Shown piece by piece: positions 34,591 to 47,800 of a DNA stretch of 64,000 bases. This stretch comes from Glycera tridactyla (lineage: Eukaryota). Where the stretch lies: NCBI GenBank assembly GCA_965644265.1, contig OZ286474.1:23560001-23624000 (forward strand). Reading direction: 5' to 3'. A program made the position numbers and the translations under genes. The stretch's first letter is position 1. Every line of letters begins with the position of its first letter. The notes beneath the pieces are model-generated. The model ran no database searches. It was given only the letters and a program-made list of their open reading frames with translations, and was not told the DNA's origin.

Positions 34591-35523
34591 GAGAGCACTA
34601 GACCTTTACCAAGCCTATAGATGAACACAACCCGCAGAGTAATAAAAACACATTTTATTGAAGCATTCATACAGCCATTCGGCAGTACAAGGATCACATC
34701 AGAATTATATACACTCCAACATATAACAACCGGGACTGATTCAGCACACGAGACATCAAATTGCAATGTGCAATTTTTCTAAAAATGCCTCAAACCACTT
34801 GAGAACACTCAAACTGCTTGAACAATTCTCCAATCTGACATTCACATAAACATTTGATGCTCATGATCAAAAATGTACACTGAGTGAACATTCATTTGAT
34901 GTTGATTTATCCAAGGCCTGAATTCCACTGATGATCTGCCAGATACAACATATGCATGAATTGTTTAAATAATTCGAATCCTAAGATATTGATACCATAC
35001 CAGTATGGTGGCAAAGATTCCCAAACAAGATATTTTAGGTACAAGGACACCACTGAGGAAATCCTAGTAGTTGAATGTAAGTCATATTCAAAATTCTCCG
35101 AATAATTTTATAGTGATGACACAAAAAGTCTGTGTGCAATTGATATTGTAACATCGACTTGAATTGTACAAAATCAACAAGCATAAAAACACACTGAATT
35201 CTCTTCGACAAACAATCACATGCTCAACATGATGACGTCCACAATATGTAACTTACTTACCCTTTTCATAAACCTGGTTCTCCAAACATAAATTGAAGTA
35301 ACCAGAAAATACAACAGATGCTGACTTTAGAAGTTTCTGACCTCAAAAATATTTCTCACACTTGGTGAATTTATCAATTTCCACTTTGAGTTAATAGATG
35401 ATAGACTAATATGGATAACAAATGAAAGTTCTACTTTCTAAGCCATGCCAAAGAACGGCTGAGAGTGACCCAGCCCTCAATATCAGTAAAGCTGCTTTGA
35501 GTTTCACCACAGTGGAAGGCAGT

Positions 35524-35623
35524 NNNNNNNNNNNNNNNNNNNNNNNNNNNNNNNNNNNNNNNNNNNNNNNNNNNNNNNNNNNNNNNNNNNNNNNNNNNNN
35601 NNNNNNNNNNNNNNNNNNNNNNN
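35524..35623. other. Assembly gap (100 N)
   Basis: N run. TGGAAGGCAGT occurs on both sides, suggesting an unresolved overlap or repeat. Confidence 0.99.
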
Positions 35624-35718
35624 CAATGGAAGGCAGTGTAAAGGAGCAGTCTACATTCAAAAGTGAGCTTTTTAGTCTTGGTGGGGTGTATTCTATTCTA
35701 CCTGCATTGAACAACCAC

Positions 35719-35908
35719 NNNNNNNNNNNNNNNNNNNNNNNNNNNNNNNNNNNNNNNNNNNNNNNNNNNNNNNNNNNNNNNNNNNNNNNNNNNNNNNNNN
35801 NNNNNNNNNNNNNNNNNNNNNNNNNNNNNNNNNNNNNNNNNNNNNNNNNNNNNNNNNNNNNNNNNNNNNNNNNNNNNNNNNNNNNNNNNNNNNNNNNNNN
35901 NNNNNNNN
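35719..35908. other. Assembly gap (190 N)
   Basis: N run. Confidence 0.99.
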
Positions 35909-36499
35909 GCAATTGTCATAAGTGAGATTGAATCCTCATATAAAGAGAAACAGACAAAATGAAATCAGGTTCGATGATGACCTCAAGTTTCACCAAAGGT
36001 AGTTGTACCGTCAAACCATCAACTGGGTGTGAAATTACAATGACAGTAAGAACAAGGCATAAATGCACAAAAGGCTCGCATGCACGCCGCTCGTCGAAAG
36101 GGGACACATCTGTGTGTGTGCCCCAACACCCCACCCTTCCCCCACACACCCACCCCAATACCCCCACCCATCTCCCCATGTATGTATGAGAAAGTGAAAT
36201 GAGGTCCATCTACATACTATGCTTGAGGGAGCAAATAATCAGACATGCATACTAGTGTATGTATGAGAAAGTGAACTTAGGTCCAGGTAGCAATTGGTGT
36301 ATGGAACTGATTAGACCATTACGTAACACAGCCAAGAACAAAAGAGTCACCGGGAGAGCCTTCCCCAACAATGAAAGGACAGCCAAGTGAATGTGTCTAT
36401 TTCGGAGGGGTCTTACACAATCCAGACAGAGTTAATGAGTTCTGCTATCTCAAAAAAATCCAAACTCACAAATGAAAAAGTCTTCTTTTACCTCAAAAT

Positions 36500-36765
36500 T
36501 ACCCAATTATATGGGATTGAATGTGGAAAATAATGCTACAGTGCTGTTGTCCAATTACTAATGCAAATGTATACCAAATTTCAAGATTGTAGGTGTGATA
36601 TTAACCGAGTTAGGCCTCTGTGAAAAACTTGTACGCAAAACTTTAACCAAAAAGTTTACGTTCTACGAAGTGATAGCCGGACAGACGGACAGACGGAACC
36701 AAACAGACAGACCACCTGCATCATTACATAGACTCGCATTTTGCTTCGCATGCGAGCCAAAAATT
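36500..36765 (+). mobile_element. HINE-like element 3' part
   Basis: CCAAATTTCAAG core, (CAGA/CGGA)n microsatellite, terminal hairpin CTCGCAT...ATGCGAG followed by CCAAAAA. Confidence 0.55.
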
Positions 36766-36998
36766 GACCTGCTAGATTGGGAATTCACAGAGTGTACATT
36801 ACCACACAGTTTATCATGTTCTGTGCTGCATTGATTTCAATGGAACTTATACAAAATACAACTGAACATATTTAATATGCATCTATGGTATGAAACATAA
36901 GCATGTGGTTACTGGATGAATTCAGCATGCCCCTTACTTCAGCACGGACATTGGATTTCAATCCCCCCCCCCCCCCCCCCAGCCCATCCGGCGGCACA

Positions 36999-37617
36999 TT
37001 GATTGATTGATTGTTTGAGGTTTAACGGCATGTATCAACCCACAGGATTATTTATGCCGTGTGTTCCTGCTTAATGAAAGCTAGATGTTCTCTCCCCTGC
37101 AGACATCACTCTCACAAACCCTGAACACAAGATGATGGGGAACCTGAAAGGTTGTCAAGTGGAAGTAGCTGACAGTTCAAACACACCTCTACCTAATCTA
37201 AACATATACAAATAAACCTAGGATGGCATATCTAACTATATAGCTGGCTGGAAGCTAACACCCAAGCCTGATAGCAATGCATTTTTTTTTTTTCGCAAAG
37301 CGCAGCACTTGACACATAGAAAAGCATTAGGTTAGGAGAATACTCAACCGAAGTGTTCAATTACAAACTGCCAACTTCAAACCAGCTTTACAATAATTTC
37401 ATGTCCTATACTCGCAGTACGATGCCATCACACATCCTAGTAACCTAGTCATCAGCCCTAGTAACCCAGAACTGGTGTGCTTGGTACCCGCTTTTTTGCA
37501 TAGTGACAATATCTGCAACAGGCAAACCGTTAGCTACCTACACCAGAGACCATTTCGCTGAAGAAATAAGAGGGAGCTTAGAGTGATAGAAAAGAGGTGA
37601 AGAGAAAGAAACCATTG
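36999..37617 (-). mobile_element. Family C LINE 3'-end flanked by a ~140-bp direct duplication
   Basis: (GATT)n tail at 36999. The flanks 36850-36998 and 37618-37754 are direct repeats. Confidence 0.8.
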
Positions 37618-38881
37618 TACAAAATACAACTAAACATATTTAATATGCATCTATGGTATGAAACATAAGCATGTGGTTACTGGATGAATTCAGCATGCCC
37701 CTTACTTCAGCACGGACATCGGATTTCAATCCCCCCAGCCCCTCCGGCGGCACAGCCATGAGATTTCATCCCCCCCCCCCCATGTCATCAAATCCCAGAG
37801 CAGAACAAAGATAAGTTTATGAAAGGATCATATTGCCCTCTCAGAGAGCTCAACCAACGACTACTTTACATGAAAACAGACAACAAATGATATCCTGCGA
37901 TACCTCTCACTTCAAACATATACACGACCAATCTAACAGAAAATAATGATTCACTAGACTACAAAACCAGTATATATGCAAGACAATCTAGTCAACAGAA
38001 TTGTCACACGCTGATCTTGGATATACATGTATATATACTGTACATACCTGCTGAAGGCAATTTTGTGGCAATTTATCACATACTGTATGTTACGACAGGT
38101 TCACTAACAAAATCAAGGATGAAAGTCGCTATCATGAAAAATATCCGAAATCAGTCTTTGTCCCGAAATTTTCATTATGATCAAAATAGTTGAAACTGTG
38201 GGTTATCGGTGCAAAATATCTGATTTCAGATGATTATCAGAAAACTTTCATCACTGCAAAATATTCACCTCGGGAAAAGTCTATCCATAACTACAATCAT
38301 CAAATCAGGAGTACATATCTACACACGCCACAAACCAAAAAGAATCGAACCTGCGCTAAGCAAACCCTGTGCTAAGTTGGAATGCAGTCCTAAGAAAAGA
38401 CACTGTTCATCCCAAATAAATTTACCCATACAAAACATGAACCTGTTCCAAGTATGCGATTCACTCCCTCTCCTCTCACCTGCATGCTTAGGGCAGCTCA
38501 GAGTTTATGCAACTGATATCTTGATAAAGACAGGGGCGGCCCTTTCATATAAGTCTGAATGACATTATCAGGGATGTGATTGGCTCGCAATCAAAAGCCC
38601 TGAAAACCTGACCGGGAGCACTTCTACCAAAAACCAGCTGACTGAAGGCTACGAGAATTCCATACAAACATTGTGTCCTATCTCCACCTATATTGGTCTG
38701 ATTTTCATGATCTAAAAGCTGAAACTGGATTCCCTGGACACAAGAAATTCCCCGTAACAATCAACAAAAATGGAGCAGAAATTAGAGATGAATAACAGTT
38801 TCAGTATCTCCCCAAGAGTACTTGATAATGGACAGTTACATCAGAGCAGGCGCTAACACTTTAGTTCTCATTCCCATGAGT

Positions 38882-41800
38882 TCACAACATAGTTTCATGC
38901 TTTTTGATGTGACTGAGTAGAGACGCTCGTTTGACGAACCATTTATCACAGAGATTGCACTCAAAAAGCCCATGGTGTAGCTCGTATGGATACGATTCTG
39001 CTGAAGACCCTCCGGGATTGGAGGACCGGCTTGCTCTCGGCAATGTTACCGTCGATTTTGTGCTCATTTCGACTTCGGATGGCTGACCGCCGTGTTCAAG
39101 TCTGACATGTTTTGCGAGATTACTGGCGCGCTTGAAGACCATTTTGCACTGTCTGCAGGTGAAGCAGTTGTCCTTGGTGTGCTCAACCATGTGGCGTAAC
39201 AAGAGCGCCGAAGAGCTGAATGACTTCAGACACGTGGTGCACTGCCGTCTCTCCTCGCCCGGATGCGTCACGATATGACTCTGTAGATGCCACGGTTGAC
39301 CGAACACCTGCTTACACACGACACACTGGAACACATTCTCACTGCTATTGGACACTCCAGAACTCACGCTCGCTTCTGGCATGACATTATTCGGCGATTC
39401 TTTTGGTGCGACTGGCATCGATGACAGATCTGTTTGGTGTTTCTGAACCACTGGGCTTGCTGGTTTTGACAGAGGCCTGCCCAAACCATAACTAGTACCA
39501 TGTTTTTTTTCTTGATTCCTGTGCATGAACTTATGTCTTGCGAGAGCAGCAATCGTTGGGAACGAACTTGGGCACAGAGAACATTTATGGGCCTCGTTAC
39601 GATTGTGTATCTGCATGTGGTCATCCAGCTTATTTCTATGATTGAATGATTGATTACAAAGATTGCAATATACAAAACCTCTATTCGACACTCCGGAACT
39701 CACGCTAGCTTCTGGTATGACATCATCCAGGGATTCTTTCGGTGCAACTGGCGTCGATGACAGGTTAGTTTGGTGTTTCCAAACCATTGGTCTTGCTGAT
39801 ATTGACAGAACCCTGCTCAAACTATAAGTAGTACCATGTTTTTTTTCTTGATTCCTGTGCATAATCTTATGTCTTGAGAGAGCGGCAATCCCTGGGAACG
39901 AACTTGGGCACAGAGAACATTTATAGGCCTCGTTACGTTTGTGTATCCGCATGTGATCATCCAGCCTATTTCTATGATTGAATGCTTGATTACAAATATT
40001 ACAATGGACAAAACCTTTGGCATATTTTGTTGAACTGTCTGCAGATGTGGGTGGGCGTTGAGGATTCCCACCACTTTTATTGAACAACGACACTTTCTGT
40101 ACCATCCACTTGTCAGTGCAGTCGATACGATGTAGTTTGATGACTGGATACATTCGTGCATCGATTGCCGGGTGAGAAACGATCTTCTGGGATTCTTGGT
40201 TCGCAGATTGGCTTCTAATACCACGGCATTTCCGCCGATGGTGACGAAAATGATTGGGACGTGTGTAAACTTTACCGCATTTGGTGCATTTCAGAGACCG
40301 TTTACTGTCAATACCCGGCCGTTTGAGGCTACCAATACTTGGTGTATCTTTTGAAAAGACCGAGTCCCTGATGCTTGGTTTCATATTCGATCCTGGTATT
40401 TTCAAATTCGGCTGCTGCAATGTGGTATTTTGATGACGCTTCACATGATTTTTGTGCGTTGTGTAGTCTCTGAATGTCAAACCACAGATTTTACATTTAT
40501 ATGGTCTCTCCCCTGTGTGGATTCTCAAGTGGACGTTCAAGTTCTGCGAATATGTGAAGACTTTTTCACAAACTGGACACTCATTTTTCCTGCCCATTCT
40601 CCTCTCTTCTCTAGTCTGCTCATTTGAAGTGACATTCACGCCAGTTGTCTCAGATTTTGATGAGGATTCAATTCCCTTCTCTCGCTCAACAACTTCTTCT
40701 GTTGCCACACTGCCAGACGAATCCCGATGAGTCACGCTGAATCCATTTCGTAGTTTGTGAGATTTCATATGCGTGACGAATGCACAACTTCTCACAAACT
40801 CTTCGGAACAAAGCGGACAAGCGTAGGAAGTTTCACCTGGATGTACTCTCATGTGTCGAGTCAGATCGACTAATTTCACAAACGTGCTTGGACAGGCTGT
40901 ACAAGAGAATGTTGTTTTCGCATGTGTTTTCACATGCTGCTCGTATTTCCACTCCTCATCAAATTTCAATGCACAAACGGAGCATTTGAAGGTGCCGCTG
41001 CCCACGACTGTAGCATCATCAGAATGTTCAGGTGACTGACTCGTAACGCTGGATGAGTTTTGATACAATTTCCTATCAAATTTGACATCTGGTTGACAAT
41101 AGCGCATATGTAAGCCCAGATGCATGACTGAATTGAAAGAACGATTGCACTTACATGTATGTCGCTTCTCTCGGTGGTAAGCCATATGCAATTTCAGATG
41201 GGATGGATGCTGAAACGTCCTCCCGCAAACTCCGCAGCTGATTTTTTCACGGGATTCAGGCCGATGAAGTAAGCGTACATGTCTTGTAAGATATGCATGC
41301 GTCAAGAACGTCTTCTGGCAAAATTGGCACTGCAGATCCTTCTTGACCTTTCCGACGCCACCGGGCACTGTTGTCGTTGCAGTCGTTTCATCGTCGCATT
41401 CCTCCGGAACTGTTCTATTTTTTTTGTGTTTGGCATTCCTATGTTTCCACAGACTTACCGCCATAGGGAATTTCTCTCCACATATGGTACACTGATATGG
41501 CAGATCGGTTGCATGCGATTTAATGTGAGCATCCAGTTCTCCCCCAGAGGCGAAATATTCATGACAGACTTTGCAAACATGAGATTTGAGTTTCTTGCCA
41601 TTTTTGTGGGCAGTCAACGTATGATTCCGAAGATGCACGGATAACTTGAACGACCGACTGCACTCTTTGCATTCATACATTTTCCCATGGTTATGAGCAC
41701 ACTGCATGTGAACAAACAGGTGTTGTTTTGAGGCAAACTTCATGTGACACAACCTGCATTCAAAGTTCGTCTTAGACCTCCTGTCCCTTGTGCTATGGAC

Positions 41801-44800
41801 TTGATCTTGTGATAGCTTATTTCCTTTCGAAAGAACATCCGATGGGACCGTCGGAGCATCTGCAACATCACCGGATTTTTTGTGTTCGGGGTCACTGGAC
41901 TGCAGATCTGATGATTGTGTGGGGGGATTTCTATGTACAACTGCAACATGTTTAGCGAGATGCAAAGCTGCTTTGTACGACCGACCGCAGATGGAACAAC
42001 GGTGCGGCTTGCCCGCTCTATGTACGCACTGAATGTGTAACTTGAGTTGCTGGTCAACCTTAAACTTCTTATCACATTCAGTACAACTGAGAAGATTAGA
42101 AGGAACACCGAGATTCTCCTGCTTGCCATCATGGACGGATGGCGTCTGTTCTGATTTTATCACGACGTCATCATCTAGAGAGCTGCACGTCGGCCTCGCG
42201 GCGGTCCCCGATGAGAGCACACTCACGTCTGAGGTATCTACACTCTGCTTCTCATGTAATAGTAAGTGTTTAGAGAGATGCAGGGCGGTTTTGAAACCTC
42301 TGGAACACAGAGTACAGATATGGTCCCTCTCGGGGCTATGCACACTCTGCATGTGAATGTCCAGGTGATGTTCTGACTGGAAGTCCTTGTTGCATTGCAC
42401 ACAGAAGGCATCCTTACTGAGCGCGCAGTCATCCGGACGGGCGTTACTGCTGTCCTGTCTCAAACTCTCCACTTGTGCTACAGGAATATCGGCCGCAGAG
42501 TCGTCAGCATTGATGGGTTTATCCGAATTTTCGGGAAAATTCTCTGTGGCATGATAGAATTTCATATGCTTGCTGAAGTGCATGGCGAATTTGTAATTTC
42601 GCCCACACAGGTGGCACTCATACATCGCCTTCTGGCTTTCCCCAACAGATGTCCCAGTCAACTTGCCGTGTTTCATAGCCCAATGCCGTTTGAAATTTGT
42701 GACGGTGTTGAACGTCTTCTCACAAATGAAACAATGCCTTGCTTTTTTCCTCTTAGTGATCTTGGTACTATTATGGCAGGGAGAATCCGTGTTGTTGTTG
42801 GCAGGTGCCACTGCAGGGATCGCAGTCTCGAAGCGAGTCACATGGTGTTGGTTGGAATGCTTTAAAGTCATATGTCGTTTGCAATCTGCATCCGATGTGA
42901 ACACGAGCCCACATTTCGTACAACGTTTACCATCAGTGATCTCGGGTATTTTGGATATCGGTGGATGGGAGGTAGACTGAGCCCGTGTCGAGTTAGATAG
43001 AGATCCAGATGCGGAGAAATCCTCAACAGCATCTTGATTTCCATGCTTTTTGGCAATGTGACGTTTGAGATTAGACATTTTTGTAAAGGGCCAACGACAA
43101 AACATACAAGTAATAATTTGAGATACACACTGCTCAGCCCGATGTCGTTTGAAATTTGCAACACTGGTGAATGTTTTCTTACAAACAACACAATGCCTCA
43201 CTTTTTTCCTCGTTGTGATCTTGGCACTATTCTGATGAAGTGAATCCTCGTTGGAGTCAGCGGGTACAACTGCAGGCATCTGATGCCCGGATAGAGTCAC
43301 ATTGTTTTCGCGATGAAACAAAGTCATATGTCGTTTGCAATCGGCATCTGAAGTGAACACGATTCCACATATCGTACAACGTTTACCATCGGCGATCTCG
43401 GGTATTTTGGATATCGGTGGATGGGAGGTAGAGTGAGTCTGTGCCAAGTCGGATAGAGATACAGGAGACGTGGATGAATCCTCAACGACATCGCGATTTC
43501 CGTGCTTACTGGCGATGTGACGTCGGAGACCATACACTGTTCTATAGAACATATTGCAAAACATACAATTAACAAATTCAGATGTACACTGTTTACTTCT
43601 AAAGTGTCTAAAATAAGCTGATGCCGAACTATAGACCTTCTGGCATTTAACACATCGACCACCCACTTCAATATGGCTTTCCTTCTTATCTTGTAGCACT
43701 TCTGGGTGGCTTAAAACTTTCCTATTGTTATTATTTTGTTCACTATGCTGCAATCGAACATGATCTTTTAAATGAGGAACACGCCTAAATGTTGCTTTAC
43801 AGAACTTACAAGGATAAGTTTGGTCGCAACTTTGAGAGTCTACGTGCGTTGCCAGCTTATCACTGTGTTTGAATGTCTCGCCACATCTGCGGCATGTCAT
43901 TTCACTGCTCGAGTCAGCGTGGCTTTTTAGATGCGAAATCAGACTCCATGTGGAGTTTTCCGACTTTTCGCAGTACATGCATTGATACTGTGTTCGGTCG
44001 CCCGTATGCTCGACCATGTGATTGATCACTTCATTTATATTCCAGAATGTCATCTCGCATACGTTACACGAATGCGGTGTCCCCTCACTATGACATTTCA
44101 TATGGATGATTAAGCTCTCCAGGCTCACGAAGTACTTCTTGCAATCAGGACAACAGACCAGATCGGAATTGTGCGAATCCGAGTATTTTGTCTCCACCGG
44201 GTGATCCCTTAGCAAATGTGCATCCAAGCTGTTCTGATCGACGAATCGTTCCTTACACAAGTCACACTGCACTGACGCTTGATGAAAACCTCTGTTCACG
44301 GGTTTGCTTGGCATGGGTACAGACTGCTTCCCTTTTGGCGACTGTTGCTTGAATTTCCCCGATTTGTGCGATTTCATATGGAGATTCAATGTATCTGCAC
44401 GTGAGTATCGATTCAGACATATTGAACACTGATATGGCCTCACTCCAGTGTGGGCTAAAAGGTGCGAGCGGAGACGGCAATGAGAAGAGAGGTTTCTGCT
44501 GCAAAGGGCGCATTGGAAAGGAGCCCCACCAAGGTGACACTCGACATGTGAGACGAGCTGATCGTATCCGGGAAATTCTACATGGCATACCGGACAAGGG
44601 ACGACATTCCTACCCTTATGCTCAGACTTCATGTGTTCACTAAGCTTTTCCTCATGCTGGAAAGTCACACGGCAAATATCACAGGACACAAAACGCCCAT
44701 CATCTACATCATCAAGTGCATGCTTTTGCGGACTCACCCAGTAGTCATCTCCAGGGGAGGCAGTGCTAAAAGAACCATGTCCTTGTGGTTTGGCTCTTAA

Positions 44801-47800
44801 CATACTTGTGAGATAAGGCATATTCAAATCGGAACCAGGTATTCGCTCACCACTGTTTTCATTTATATTTGCGGAATAACTTGCGCATGTATACACTATC
44901 TTACCAGTTCCCTTCTCCACTGAAGACTGCATATTCCAACGTGGAGGTTGATGCATCGCTGGATAAATGTATGGATTGCCATACGGATCCCATACTGTAT
45001 TCGCTTCTGACTTCGCAAAACTGTCATCTGGTGCCTCCTGCTTGATGTAGACGAAGCCGGCCTCACCATTTCCGAATTCACTCTTGACGCTGATATTCCC
45101 CGGCTCCAACATCGGTACATAGGAAGTCCCATTGACATCACGCCATGGTGTCTTACTGCTAGAACTATTGGAATGCATGCTCTGCAATCTACATGTATCT
45201 GCTGGCTCCGGCTTTATATAGATCGGCAGATAACTGTTTGGATCTTCATAACCCGCAACCTCGTCTAACGGCTCTTGTTTGATTTCATCTATTTTATAAT
45301 AAACAGGTTCACACTCAAATCCATCATATGGTTCCTCTTCGATGGGCAGACTTAGTATGGAATCACTATTCACACAAGATGTTTCATTTGTTTCAGGAAC
45401 AATCGTGATGATGCCATTGCCTCTTTGTGGGGCCACTTCTTCATCGACAGGCTCAATTTTGATCGACTCGACCGTCTGGTCGATGTCCGCCACAATACCG
45501 GACGTGTCAGCACTGTTTGCCACCAACTCATCCTGAACATTCTTCTCGCTAGAAAAATTGGAATCAGAAATGCTATTCACTTCTCGTTTCACCGCCGTTA
45601 CCCGGTGATTGACAAAATTTAACAAGGAAGCTGGTGCCATCTGCGTTACCGAGATATTCGGCACAATTTCAGAGGTAGAAAAACTGGAATCAGAAATGCC
45701 ATTCACTTCTTGCTTCACCGCTGTTACCTGATGGTCAACCAAATCTAATCTGGGAGCTGATGCCATCTGCGTTACCGAGATATTTGGCACAATTTCGGAG
45801 GTACAATACAGGGACTGGACACAGGAGATGGTTATCGCTGCTGAGCTGACGTTATCGCTATGTGCATAAAGCTGACCGACTGGTATGGGCAGCACAGTAT
45901 CCTCCTCCGTATTCGCCTCAGCTGGAGCAGTCACTTCTTTTGAAATACCACAAGTTACCATTTCACTATCACAGTCACTTCTCACACCAAGAAGACCGGC
46001 TTCTACATTCGCCGACACATCATTGTATGGACTACCATTCTGTTCGCTAGCATCATCACCCGAGACAGTTCGCTCCACATGAAGGAATTCGCTTTCATGT
46101 TGTCCCATCATCTCATCTCTCTCTTGAATATCAACAATGCCGAATGATCGTATGAGTCCATTCACAGATTTGTCAGTGCATTTTATACTGTCTAAGTCAC
46201 CTTTGAGTTTATGCAACATACTACTCTTGCCCCTACCAGAGGTGGTTGGACCATTAGCGGGGTGTCTTGCACCATACGTGGGAAGGATATTGCTGATAGT
46301 GATGGTTCTCTCCTGGTTTTTCTTCTGCTTTCCACTACTCAACTGGTTTCTAGAAGTAGGTGACAAAGCATGAATATCACCATTCAAACAACTGTCCGGT
46401 TCATCACCAGTATTACTTGATGAATGTACGTCAGGTTCTCCCATGGGATGTACCAGATCCAAGCCGACAACACTGGTATCTTGAGACGAGTGAGAAACTT
46501 GCACAGAGTCCAGCGTGGTTCTAGATTCATCTGGTGCATCTAAACGACTGTTGCTAACACCGCAACTGTTCATCTGGATGCCATCTGACAAAACGCTCTG
46601 CACAGGGAACATGTCATCTCTCTCGGGTGATGATAAACCACTGGTGACGGCAACAGCGTTCGCAACTTCAACATTTTCATCCCCTGAGTCATCCGAATCT
46701 TCCACTATCTCGTATACCTCAAAAGCGAGAGAATCGCCTGAAAACTGTTTAGTCGTAGATGCTACATCGGAATCATCATCGTTGATGTATATTGTCTCGA
46801 TGTGTTTTGTTCCTTGTAGGACGGATGTAAGCTTCGCATCTTTCTCAAGTTTAACATGTGGAGCACGATTTGCTAATTCTGGGAATGCTATTACGGCTTC
46901 CATCTCGGATTTTATGTGAAACAACCGCGACCCAGGACTACTGCCTTGATCTTTGGATGCATTTTCATCTCGTGTGCCTATTTTTAGACACTGTAACTGG
47001 CCATCAAAGGGGTCAACCAAACACTCAGGGGCTGCAGACTCACTGAGGTGATCGACGCCGACGGAGATTGCACCTGTACACCGATCATCAGTATCATTTA
47101 TTTCATTCATATCATTGAACCTAACTCCGGTTTCTGAATCAGCTCCATTTTCCTGATTGGTCACTGACACATTGCCATTAATACTTGCTCTTTTTCCAAA
47201 ATCCATGTCACTCGGAACATGGCTCTTATCATTCAAATCAAATGAGCCAATGCCTTGCCTGCTGCAGTTTTCTACAATTGTCTGGTTTTCTAATCCTCCA
47301 TCAGAGACGTTTGGTGGAAGTGTTTCATGAAGAGTAATCCCATTTGATACTAAATTTTCAATAGCATGACTGTCGGCAGTATAGAACGATTTCCCTCGGC
47401 TGATGCCTTCACTAGCACAAGTCCCCGATGGAGGAGATTCATGTAAAACAGTTTTGTCGAGGTGTTCGCTCATGGAGAGAATGTCATTCACGTCAGATTG
47501 ATTTGTTGCGTTGGGCATCGCGTTCTCGACATACTCATCACCATCATCATGATGAGTATCTACAACATCGTGGTTGTCTCCGTCTGAAGAATTATCGCCA
47601 TTGCCCTCACCAGAAAACGTAGTCAGGGGCATACTATAATCATTCATAAGAGTTGTATCGTCAGCAGATGGGAGAAATGACGCCGATTCATCCGGGACAG
47701 GATGCGCAGATTCATCTAGAACTGACGTACTGCCTTCACCAAGCTGATTAATCTGATCCGTGGCATCGTTACCCTCGTTAAGAGAATCAACCACGAGGTC

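Noticed and set aside
35406-35925. ORFs of 73-168 aa listed in the track
   Set aside because: Artefacts of N runs.
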